Shown: positions 31,819-40,666 of the stretch, piece by piece | How positions within the stretch are numbered: position 1 is the first letter of the stretch | Layout: every line of letters begins with the position of its first letter | From: Terriglobia bacterium | Lineage (GTDB): Bacteria; Acidobacteriota; Terriglobia; 2-12-FULL-54-10 | Direction of reading: 5' to 3' | NCBI GenBank assembly: GCA_963666975.2 | Contig: CAXVYR010000002.1 | Coordinates: 352,001-416,000, forward strand | Length of the DNA: 64,000 nucleotides | Translations under genes and position numbers: made by a program | The notes under the pieces: model-generated | The model's input: only the letters and a program-made list of their open reading frames with translations | Databases searched by the model: none | Told to the model about the DNA's origin: nothing

Positions 31819-32733
31819 ATGAATCTGGAAACCCTTCACTTGTACTGCGAAATCGTCCGCGTGCACAGCTTCTCGCGGGGAGCGGCGGACAATGGGGTTT
31901 CGCAGTCGGCAGCCAGCCAGGCCGTCCAGCAACTGGAAAGCGAATTGCGCGTGCAGTTGCTGGACCGCAGCAAGCGCCCTTTTGCCCTGACCCTGGAAGG
32001 ACGGAAGTTCTACGATGCCTGCCGGACGCTGTTGCAGAACTTCGAGCGGACGCGGGCCGAGATCAGCCAGCCGCGGCAGGAACTGGAAGGCAGCGTGCGG
32101 GTGGCAGCGATCTACTCGGTGGGTCTGCACGGAATCAGCGGGCAGATGCAGCGTTTCCTCTCGCTCCATCCCAAGACCCGCGTGCGGCTGGAGTGCCTCC
32201 ATCCCCAGCAAGTGGTGGAGACCGTGGTCCAGGACGAGGCGGACCTCGGAGTTCTTTCCTACCCGCCGGCCAACCGTGCGCTCTCGGTGGTGCCGCTCCG
32301 GTCCGATCCAATCGTCTTTGTATGTCCCCCCCACCACCGGCTGGCGAGACGGCGAACGCTGGCCGCTACGGACCTGAACGGGGAACCGTTCGTGGCCTTC
32401 GACGCCGATCTTTCCATCCGCAAAGCGATCGACCGCGCTCTCCGAAAACGCAATGCGAAGGCCAAGGTGGTGATGGAGTTCGACAACGTGGAGACCATCA
32501 AACAGGCGATTATCAACGGGGCCGGCGTCAGCCTTCTCCCGGCGCCCACCATCATGAAGGAAGTCGGCATCCGGACTCTCAGCGCGGTGCCGCTCAACAT
32601 CCCGGAACTGACACGGCCGGTGGCGGCGATCCACCGCCGGAACAAGCTGCTGACGCCTGCCGTGGCCCGGTTCCTGGAAACATTACAAGAGGTCGACTTC
32701 CAGCCTGACCACACTCCCAGAACGCGCCATTAA
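31819..32733 (+). CDS. LysR-family transcriptional regulator divergent from gltBD (GltC-like arrangement)
   Basis: SFSRGAADNGVSQSAASQAVQQLESEL HTH, MEFDNVETIK; AT-rich divergent intergenic region 31720-31818. Confidence 0.92.
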   Translation: MNLETLHLYCEIVRVHSFSRGAADNGVSQSAASQAVQQLESELRVQLLDRSKRPFALTLEGRKFYDACRTLLQNFERTRAEISQPRQELEGSVRVAAIYSVGLHGISGQMQRFLSLHPKTRVRLECLHPQQVVETVVQDEADLGVLSYPPANRALSVVPLRSDPIVFVCPPHHRLARRRTLAATDLNGEPFVAFDADLSIRKAIDRALRKRNAKAKVVMEFDNVETIKQAIINGAGVSLLPAPTIMKEVGIRTLSAVPLNIPELTRPVAAIHRRNKLLTPAVARFLETLQEVDFQPDHTPRTRH

Positions 32734-32783
32734 CAGCCGCGTTCTTTGCGGCGATCTGCGGTTCACAATAATTAGTAGGATCG

Positions 32784-34049
32784 TTACTGCTCGGATGAAG
32801 CCGCTTCTTCCGAAAGATTCGAGGTTTGCCCTGGGGAAGCATTTGTTTTGCGGTTGGGGCGGGTAAACATATATCCGGGCCGGGTGCGTGTCCGGACATC
32901 CGGCCGGGAGACGAGAACTTTGATGGTGTGAAAGCCGGGGCGATCCAAGTTGTTGGGGCGATAGGAAATCAGATACTGGCTGCGCAATTCTTGTCCGATC
33001 TTCGCGAGCGCCTGCTCCATCCGCGCCTTGTCGCCGGTGGAAAAATCCATCCCTCCCGTGCCCGCCGAATAGAGCTTCAGCGGATTGGCGCCCAGGAAAG
33101 ACCGTGTGGAGGTGACCAGTTCGGTGATGATCTCCAGCATGTTGATGTTGGCGGCCCCCCAATTGGTCTGTGCATCGGGGATGGGAGGCTGGCTTCCGGG
33201 CATCGGCATTGGCACAACCCCGGGAGGGAACGGAGAGGAAACGCTATCCACCCGCTTGGAAACACCTTTCCAGGTGCTCAAACCCACCGTATAGACCGAA
33301 ATCCCAAGCTGCTGGGCTCCCCGCAGCACGAATCCCTGATGAGTGCTGCTGCCATGATCCCTGGCTTCGGAGATAACGATGATGATCTTCCGGCGTCCTT
33401 GTGGCCGCCGTTGCAACAGCGAGACAGCCCGGGCCATGGCGTCGGTGAGCCGAACCTGGTCTCCGCCCGGCGAGATGGCGCGGATGGCGTTTTCGATCTC
33501 CTCTGCGTCTTGCGTGAAGCCCTGGGCTATTCTGACTTCGCGGTCAAAAGTCAGCACGACCGCTTCCCCGGTCTCCCCCAGAATCAGTTGTGTCAGCAAT
33601 ATCCCCGTACTGCGAATTTCCGGAATCACCGATTCCACGCGCGAGCTGGTCTCGAGCAAAACAGCCAGCGATAATGGGTCCCAGCTGAGATCAAAGTCTT
33701 CAATCTTCTGCGCCACGCCGTTGTCCAGAATGGTGAACTCGCCCTGGTTCATGTCGGTCACCAATTCGCCGGAACGGTCGGTCACGGTGACAGGAACGGT
33801 GACGACTTCGATCTGGACAGCGAAGCTGACTTGCCCATCCTGGTCTATATACTGGTCTGTGTCCTGGTCTGTATTGGGGTCTGTATCTGGGTCTGCTTTC
33901 GGGTCTGCATCCGGCGGAGCCTCCGCAGCGGGTGCCTGCTGGCTGCCCTCAGATAGCTGTGCGGACAGGCTTACGGGAGTCAGTGGAGACAGGGTTGCGC
34001 ACACGAACAATAAAAGAGCGGTCCACTGCATCATAATCCGGGGGTGCAT
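32784..34049 (-). CDS. Secreted VWA-domain protein (acidobacterial VWFA-related family)
   Basis: Signal peptide, VVTVPVTVTDRSG, FTILDNGVAQKI, RRKIIIVISE and ELRSQYLISYRP motifs; start approximate. Confidence 0.85.
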   Translation of the reverse strand: MHPRIMMQWTALLLFVCATLSPLTPVSLSAQLSEGSQQAPAAEAPPDADPKADPDTDPNTDQDTDQYIDQDGQVSFAVQIEVVTVPVTVTDRSGELVTDMNQGEFTILDNGVAQKIEDFDLSWDPLSLAVLLETSSRVESVIPEIRSTGILLTQLILGETGEAVVLTFDREVRIAQGFTQDAEEIENAIRAISPGGDQVRLTDAMARAVSLLQRRPQGRRKIIIVISEARDHGSSTHQGFVLRGAQQLGISVYTVGLSTWKGVSKRVDSVSSPFPPGVVPMPMPGSQPPIPDAQTNWGAANINMLEIITELVTSTRSFLGANPLKLYSAGTGGMDFSTGDKARMEQALAKIGQELRSQYLISYRPNNLDRPGFHTIKVLVSRPDVRTRTRPGYMFTRPNRKTNASPGQTSNLSEEAASSEQ

Positions 34050-34171
34050 GTCTTTATTCTGGCACAGATTCGCCGGGCGGAACAAGGGCGGGCGCGACCA
34101 TCACCATGTTCCACATTATTACGGCCCTTCGTCATCGAGGGTTCTGCTACAGCAAGCGTACAATAGTATAG

Positions 34172-35063
34172 ATGGCGGATAAAGCTCAACGGTTGGCCCA
34201 CAATGCTCCGGGGGATTTTTTTGTCGACGGCACTTGCATCGATTGCGACCAATGCCGGGCCATTGCTCCCGAGACGTTTCGCGACGCGGGAAGCGAGGCG
34301 AGCGTTTACCGGCAACCCGACCGGCCCGAGCATATCCAGCGGGCGCTGATGGCGCTGGTGACGTGCCCGGTGGGCTCCATCGGCACGGAGAAGCGTCACA
34401 AGCTGAGCGCTGCGGTCTCCAGTTTCCCGGAGCCGCTGGAAGAACTAGAAGTAGAGGAAGAGGAGAACGTCTACTTCTGCGGGTTTTCCTCGGCCAGCAC
34501 GTTCGGAGCCTCCAGTTATTTGATCCGGCGGCCGGAGGGAAACGTGCTGGTGGACTCTCCGCGCTTTGCCTCCCGGCTGGTCAGCCGGTTGGAGCAGATG
34601 GGCGGCGTTCGCTGGATGTTCCTCACCCACCGTGACGACATCGCCGACCACGCACGCTTCCGCCGCCACTTCGGCTGCGAGCGCATCATTCATGCACGCG
34701 AGATTCACTCCGGACTCGACGGCATCGAGCAGCAAATTACGGGGGACGAGCCGCAACGAATCGGGCCGGAACTGGTGGCGATCCCCGCGCCGGGCCACAC
34801 GCGGGGCCACATGGTGCTGCTCTACCGGGACCGGTTTCTTTTCACGGGCGACCCACCTGGCCTGGTCGGCGGCCCGCCAGGACCTCACTGCATTCCGCAG
34901 CGTCTGCTGGTATTCCTGGGAGAAGCAGACAGAGTCGATGGAGCGGCTCCTGCCGTATCGCTTTGAATGGGTGCTGCCCGGCCACGGGCGGCGTCATCAC
35001 GGGACCGCGAAGGAAATGCACGCTTCCTTGACCCGCTGTGTTGCCTGGATGCGCCATTATTAG
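34172..35063 (+). pseudogene. Ferredoxin + metallo-beta-lactamase-fold hydrolase, frameshift near 34853
   Basis: CIDCDQC...CPVGSI, LTHRDDIADH, PGHTRGH, then FLFTGD / HLAWS...WVLPGHG in another frame (extra C in GACCCAC). Confidence 0.8.
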
Positions 35064-35110
35064 TAGCGTAATTATTAGTAGCGTAATTGTTAGGCGTGGC
35101 GTAATTAGTT
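35057..35110. repeat. 15-bp tandem repeat ATTATTAGTAGCGTA (2 exact plus degenerate copies) at the gene end
   Basis: Read directly from the sequence. Confidence 0.85.
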
Positions 35111-35169
35111 GCACAATGGCGCCGGAAGATGCCCCCCAATGGTTGGTCGCGGCAGCGCTAATCCGCTAT

Positions 35170-35219
35170 GCCCCCCTTGTTACCCCCCTTGTTACCCCCC
35201 TTGTTACCCCTCTTGTTGA
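35170..35219. repeat. 12-bp tandem repeat CCCCCCTTGTTA, about 4 copies
   Basis: Read directly from the sequence. Confidence 0.9.
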
Positions 35220-35426
35220 CACATAGTGTTCCGCCGGAAGAATTTAGAAGTCACGCCTCCGGCAAACCCAATACGAATGATGCCAGGCAACTCCCTGCAG
35301 GCCGGAAACGGCCAGGGGAGACTCAGAGAGGCAAACCAATTTGCTTCTTTTGGAGTCATCCGGTTCCTATACTGAGGGCGGTCAGTTTTCTCAGCGCTGA
35401 TCCGGCTACCCAAAGAAACTGACCTG

Positions 35427-35750
35427 TTGGGGCGAGAAGAGCCAATAGCGATTGTCGAGAGACGGCGTTACAAACGTTATCCCACAGTTGGACACGCAGA
35501 GTTTTGGTCTGAGTCCACGAAGACTACATGCGATCTGCTCGATGTCGCGAAAGGGGGGGTGATCCTTCGCAGCGAGGTTCAAGTTTCGCAGGCAATAGAA
35601 GTTACGGTTCGTTTCAGTGTTCAGGATTACCCGGAAGAGTTCGAGGCCAGAGGAATGGTGGTGCGCGTTCAGCAGGACTCGCTGGCAGTAATGTTCTTGG
35701 AAGTGCCGCCGGGAATCGACAAACTGCTGCAGTGGCTGGAAAAAGCGTAA
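35427..35750 (+). CDS. PilZ-domain protein
   Basis: ERRRYKR (RxxxR) and DVAKGG (D/NxSxxG-like) motifs; GMVVRV...LAVMF beta-barrel. Confidence 0.75.
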   Translation: MGREEPIAIVERRRYKRYPTVGHAEFWSESTKTTCDLLDVAKGGVILRSEVQVSQAIEVTVRFSVQDYPEEFEARGMVVRVQQDSLAVMFLEVPPGIDKLLQWLEKA

Positions 35751-35930
35751 GGGCCAATCGAACCGAAAACCTTTAGTCCCTACCCTGGAAAACTTTCTCC
35801 AAATATTCCCCTTAGAGCAAATTCAGTGGATTGCGAAGGTGTGCTCCATTCGGTGTGGATGGAGCTTGGTCGCATAGATGTGGGATTTCGGGGTCAATAG
35901 AGCCAATGACCCATGGTCGGATCAGGTCAC

Positions 35931-36677
35931 TCACACTGCTAAGAAAGGCTCTGCAACCAAAAGCAGGCGGTAGGGCCATCGCCGCTGGATCATGCAGTTG
36001 CGCAATCCAGCACGGCTTGCAGTTTGCAATAATTCTTGCTTGCGGAATGCCTGTTCAAACGAGACCAGACCGTCAATGCGGCTCATGGCGCAGGTTGTAA
36101 AGAAAGGATTGAACAAGCGGAAGAAATAGTAGGGAACAGGGTGTCTTTCCAGGTCACTGACGATTAAGGCGCGGCGTGCCCAACGGCTCATCATCCGCAA
36201 AAGTTCGACGGCTTGATCCTCAGGAAGGTGATGTAAAAAATGAGAACAAGTAACGAAATCAAAGGCTCGATCTGGCACGGGCGCGTGAAATGCGTCGGCG
36301 GAGAAAGGGTGCAACTTGGGATATGCCGCGAGTTCATCCCGAAACAGCGCGAGATATCTGTGCCAGTATTCCAACGCAAAGACTTCCGCTTCGAGGCCCT
36401 GCTGTTGCGCCCATCTCAGGATGGCAAATGGCAGGTCGCAGGAGCCGCTGGCAATATCCAGGACGCTGAACCGGGTCAGTTGATGGCGGCTCACTTGACC
36501 TTCCAAAACTTCCAGCAAAAGTTTTTGACTTCCAAAGATCCTGTTGATGCGACGGATGTCTAACAAATTCCGTCGCACCTCCTCATCGGGCATATTCCCG
36601 GCATCGATCAGTTCCGGGCGCAAAACTCGCGAAGAGAAATCAGGCAATTTGAGGTGGAGGGCCGAAGCCTGTCGCAT
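35931..36677 (-). CDS. SAM-dependent methyltransferase (type III PKS-associated)
   Basis: VLDIASGSCD, FDFVTCSHFLHHL, DLER and DGLVS motifs. Confidence 0.85.
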   Translation of the reverse strand: MRQASALHLKLPDFSSRVLRPELIDAGNMPDEEVRRNLLDIRRINRIFGSQKLLLEVLEGQVSRHQLTRFSVLDIASGSCDLPFAILRWAQQQGLEAEVFALEYWHRYLALFRDELAAYPKLHPFSADAFHAPVPDRAFDFVTCSHFLHHLPEDQAVELLRMMSRWARRALIVSDLERHPVPYYFFRLFNPFFTTCAMSRIDGLVSFEQAFRKQELLQTASRAGLRNCMIQRRWPYRLLLVAEPFLAV

Positions 36678-36689
36678 TGCTGCTGCTCC

Positions 36690-37724
36690 TTACCACTCTA
36701 GCAAGGCTACCTCAGCCGCAAGGCCAGGACCCAGGGCTAGTAAAACCCCCCGATCACCCACGCGAGCGGAATCCGTTTCCAGGACATCGTTGAGCACAAA
36801 TAGAACTGTGGGAGACGACATATTCCCGTAGTTCCGCAGGATTCGACGGGAAACGGCCAAGTCGGCGTCGCTGAGTCTGAGCGCATCCTGAACCCGGTCA
36901 ATTACCTTCCGGCCGCCCGGATGGATCAACCAGTGACGGATATCTTTACGGCTGAGCCCTTGGGGGCATAGCAACTCGTCGAGCACACGGTCAATGAGGG
37001 GAGGAGCCAGGTCAGGGATAGTAGGGGCGAGGATGAGGCGCAGGCGTCCGTCTCGTTGTTCAAAACCTACAGAACTCTGGCAGCTTGTGTCCAGCCAGGA
37101 AGCGAAGCGGACGATGCGTGGGCCGGTATCCCCCCGACAAGTCAGCAAGCAGGCAACCGCGCCGTCCGAGCAGATGGCATTGCCCACCAACGTCTCCAGT
37201 GTATCGTCAATGTAATATGCAGCGGAGCAAATCTCCACCGCCACCACCAGCACTCTGTGATCCGGATAGGCCAGGGCATGGTCATAGGCGCGCTGCAGCG
37301 TCGGAAGGGCTCCGGCACATCCCAGACCCAATAAAGCTCCTCGTTGCACGCTTCGCGGTAGCCGCATCTCCTTAACCAGGATCGTGGCGAGGTCCGGGCA
37401 GAGATAACCTGTGCAGGAGCAAACCAGGATGCAATCGATCTCTTCAACGCCCAAGCCCGCCTTTGCTAGGCAGCGCTGCGCCGCCTGCCGGGCAATGAGT
37501 ACCGCGCCTTCTTTATAACGGCTGTGCATTTCGTCCGGGCTCTCGTTTACCGTTCCAATCAGGGGATCCATGTAAAGGTAACGATAGTCAATGTCGCTGT
37601 TGAAAAAGATCTCGCGCGCAATCGGCCGGGTATATCCTGCCAGCCGCAACACCTCTTGCTGAGTAAAGCGCTGCGGTGGAACGGCCGTCGCCACCGATAC
37701 GATGTGCGGCTCTGGTTTATTCAT
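36690..37724 (-). CDS. Type III polyketide synthase
   Basis: Cys-His-Asn triad: GLGCAGA, IHPGGRK and YGNMSSPT; also ALGPGL. Confidence 0.93.
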   Translation of the reverse strand: MNKPEPHIVSVATAVPPQRFTQQEVLRLAGYTRPIAREIFFNSDIDYRYLYMDPLIGTVNESPDEMHSRYKEGAVLIARQAAQRCLAKAGLGVEEIDCILVCSCTGYLCPDLATILVKEMRLPRSVQRGALLGLGCAGALPTLQRAYDHALAYPDHRVLVVAVEICSAAYYIDDTLETLVGNAICSDGAVACLLTCRGDTGPRIVRFASWLDTSCQSSVGFEQRDGRLRLILAPTIPDLAPPLIDRVLDELLCPQGLSRKDIRHWLIHPGGRKVIDRVQDALRLSDADLAVSRRILRNYGNMSSPTVLFVLNDVLETDSARVGDRGVLLALGPGLAAEVALLEW

Positions 37725-38041
37725 CTCCAGACCATGTCTTTGCAGTCCAAAGGGTCAGCGCCCTTGGTCACCATTTGAGTATATTGTCCGGATTTTCCGA
37801 TATGGAGCTTTCCCGCCTCACAGAATAGTACGCCAACCGCCCTGTCGCGCCAATTTCAGATCGTATGGCTTATTAGGTCCTCCATTGGGACCGTATTGAG
37901 ACTGCGTTTTCACCAATTCTTTTTCTTCTGCTTGCTTTCTCTCGCCCTGCATCGCGGCCTCATATTGAAGCATGGCTCACTGCACAGTCTTGTCAATATC
38001 GTCAATGAAAGGCAAGACTTCTCGTAACCGACTGAAAACAT

Positions 38042-38118
38042 TGGTGGGCGGTGCAGGGCTCGAACCTGCGACCCCCTGCTTGTAAGGCAGGTGCTCTAAC
38101 CAACTGAGCTAACCGCCC
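38042..38118 (-). tRNA. tRNA-Val (TAC)
   Basis: GGGCGGTTAGCTCAGTTGGTTAGAGCACCTGCCTTACAAGCAGGGGGTCGCAGGTTCGAGCCCTGCACCGCCCACCA: cloverleaf with TAC anticodon and encoded CCA. Confidence 0.98.
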
Positions 38119-38230
38119 ATACGTGTAACCTAACACCTAACTCCTTTAGTCTCAATGAACCTTATTTCCATGGCGCATGAAAAATAGACCTGTTGGCCTC
38201 AAACTGTGCCTAAAATGTGCCAAAAATCGT

Positions 38231-39419
38231 TCAGTTCGGTCTTGCTGTGCTCGAAATCTGCCGATGCTCGTTAGCCTGGCGGTCGAGCTTGGACAGCGCT
38301 TCCCGCATCATGTTGAGCTTCGCCTGGCTGTAGCGCTTGAATACCGCCGAGTCTCCCTGCCGAAGCATTTGGGTGACAAAATGGTCCGCCACACCCCCGG
38401 CACTCAGCCGGGTCGCAAACGTATGGCGCAACTCGTATATCGTGAAATACGGTACGCCAGCACGCCGCAGTGTCGCGGCCCAAATCTTCTTCAGTGATCT
38501 GATGTATGGCCTGCTGGATTTTTGGCGTGGCGTCGGGAACAGATACTCGCTTGCCTGCGTCGCTTCGATCTGTGCTTGGAACGCCCGGTAGGCCAAATCC
38601 GAAATCGGCGTCTCGCCTACCCCGTTTGGAGTCTTGGAGTCCGGGATGTAGACCACCCGGTTTTCCATATCCACCTGCAATTTCTTCATGGGCATCAGCT
38701 CTTTGTAGGGACGTAGCCCCGTCTCAACGAGAATGACGATAGCGTTACGCAGGTAATCGGGCGCAGAAAACTCAACCCGCTGCTGCTCGCTGGCCGTCAT
38801 GTAGTGAGGCTTTCTGGTTGCGCTCCGTAATTGAATCGGGAATTCAACCGCACTACAGGGGTTCGTATGCAAACATTTTTTCTTCACCGCGACATTCAGA
38901 ATCCGCCTTAATATGCGGAATTCCTGGTGCACGGTGGCCGGCTTGAGCTTTCCCACAAGCCGGGTCCCTAACTTCGTGCGTACCCTCCTTCCTGAGCACA
39001 AGCGCCGATCGATGTAATCCTCAATCGCCTCTGCGGTAACTTCCGTTAAGGGACTTTCACCGAATGCAGGTCGCAGAAACTTGAGGGCATTGATATTTTC
39101 CGCGTGTGTCTTTTCCGAGCGGAATGGAGGCTTGGAACGTTTCCCAGCGATCTCCTCGCCCGTCTTCTTCCAGAAACCAATCAGCCCATTGGTTAAAGGT
39201 TAGTTTCTTGCCGGCCAAAATGGCTGGCAACCTTCCCTCGTCCCTGGCATCCAACCGGTCTCGTAGAAGGCGGTTTGCTTCTTGTGTATCTGCGGTTCCG
39301 GTCGATTCCCTCTGAAGCTTTCCTTCTCGGTCCCGGTACCGCATCCACCAAAACGCGGAACCATTGCGTTGGAAGATGTTCCCTCCTCCGCTCTTCGGTC
39401 TTCCTCTCCTATTGTTCAT
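38231..39419 (-). pseudogene. Tyrosine integrase split by an apparent ~25-bp insertion near 39143-39167
   Basis: N-terminal WWMRYRDREGKLQRESTG arm domain; C-terminal ETGLR, SKT, YELRHTFATRL and KRYS. Frames rejoin as WFLE-KRSKPPFRSEKTH if the insert is removed. Confidence 0.85.
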
Positions 39420-39717
39420 CGATTCCTCCATTGACATGAAATTGCTGGAGCCACTCGACCAGCTCCGACAGTCGGAAGCGGATCGAGCGGCCCATCATGC
39501 GGTAATGGGGAATCTGCTTTCGCTCGACGTAAGCATACACCAGCGAGGGGCTGACACCCAGGAATTGGGCAGCGTCCTTCACCGTGATGGGGGCATCTGT
39601 CGCTTTTCCATCCAGGCTCATCGTTCCCTCCCTACTCTCCTCGTCAACGTCCCGGTCGGGTTCCCGGTCGAAGTCCTCAAGGGTCTTTATCCGTATGATT
39701 TGTTCTTCATCCCTCAT
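39409..39717 (-). CDS. Excisionase-like HTH protein
   Basis: ITVKDAAQFLGVSPSLVYAYVERKQIPHYRMMGRSIRFRLSELVEWL; true start may be the internal Met (MSLDGK). Confidence 0.85.
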   Translation of the reverse strand: MRDEEQIIRIKTLEDFDREPDRDVDEESREGTMSLDGKATDAPITVKDAAQFLGVSPSLVYAYVERKQIPHYRMMGRSIRFRLSELVEWLQQFHVNGGIDEQ

Positions 39718-40666
39718 CGTGTTGCCTCCCGATCGGCTCGATGAGCCAGCGGTTGCCGGCGGCTTCGTAGCCCTTCACGAGTGCCGCTTCCTCCACAAAG
39801 CGGCGGCCGTCGGTTCGGGTCATGTGAATGACCATCGAAATGCCGTCCACCACGCCCCGGCAGGTGACTTCCCAAGGCAGCTCGCCGCCGCCTTGCATGG
39901 CGCAACTGGCGAGCCGGGACAAGGCGCTCTCGGCGTTGTTGGCGTGTACGGTGGTGAGCGAGCCGCCGTGTCCGGTGTTGAGGGCTTGCAGCAGGTCAGC
40001 AGCCTCCCCCCCGCGCACCTCGCCCACCACAATGTGATCCGGCCGGTGGCGCAAGGAATGTTTCACCAGGTCGCGGATCGTAACGCCTCCAGAGGTAAGG
40101 CCGCGAGCCTCGAAGCGGACGCAATTGGAGTGCTCGATGCGAAGCTCCAGGGTGTCCTCGATGGCGACAATACGTTCGTCATCCGGTAGGAGTTCAATGA
40201 GCGCATTGAGCAACGTGGTCTTGCCCGATCCGGTGCCTCCTGAAACCAAGATGTTGCGCCGCGAGTGCAACAACCGCTCCGCTTCCGCCCGCACGGCTTC
40301 GGGGAGCGCCCCTTGTTCAACCAAGTCCTCCGCCGAGAATGACCGTTTGCCAAACCTCCGAACGGTGATGGCCACCTTCGGGCTGGCCGGCGGAACACAG
40401 ATGGCAACCCGGGAGCCGTCGTCCAGGCGGGCATCGACAATAGGAGCCGTGGCCGGGTCCAGGCCGAGAGGGCGGGCGATATGGATAGCGGCCCTTTGAA
40501 GCGCCGCAGCGGTCAGCAGCGGGGCATCGAGAGAGTAGAGCTTTCCATGTCCTTCGATCCAGACGTTGTGCGGGCCGTTAATCATGATCTCGCTCACATC
40601 CGGGTCTTCCAGAACGTCCTCCAGGCCGGGCAGGAATGGTTTCAATAGCTCCAGGCCGTCACTCAT
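39707..40666 (-). CDS. VirB11/TrbB/CpaF-family secretion ATPase
   Basis: VSEIMING, VSGGTGSGKTT (Walker A), IEDTLEL, LRHRPDHIVVGEVRG and NTGHGG motifs. Confidence 0.92.
   Translation of the reverse strand: MSDGLELLKPFLPGLEDVLEDPDVSEIMINGPHNVWIEGHGKLYSLDAPLLTAAALQRAAIHIARPLGLDPATAPIVDARLDDGSRVAICVPPASPKVAITVRRFGKRSFSAEDLVEQGALPEAVRAEAERLLHSRRNILVSGGTGSGKTTLLNALIELLPDDERIVAIEDTLELRIEHSNCVRFEARGLTSGGVTIRDLVKHSLRHRPDHIVVGEVRGGEAADLLQALNTGHGGSLTTVHANNAESALSRLASCAMQGGGELPWEVTCRGVVDGISMVIHMTRTDGRRFVEEAALVKGYEAAGNRWLIEPIGRQHDEG

Noticed and set aside
35057-35219. Repeats as a CRISPR array
   Set aside because: Units are 12-15 bp, contiguous, without spacers, and no cas genes are present.
37852-37975. 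Short minus-strand ORF (MLQYEAAMQGERKQ...) next to the tRNA 3' end as an integrase remnant
   Set aside because: No catalytic motif visible; too short to support a call.
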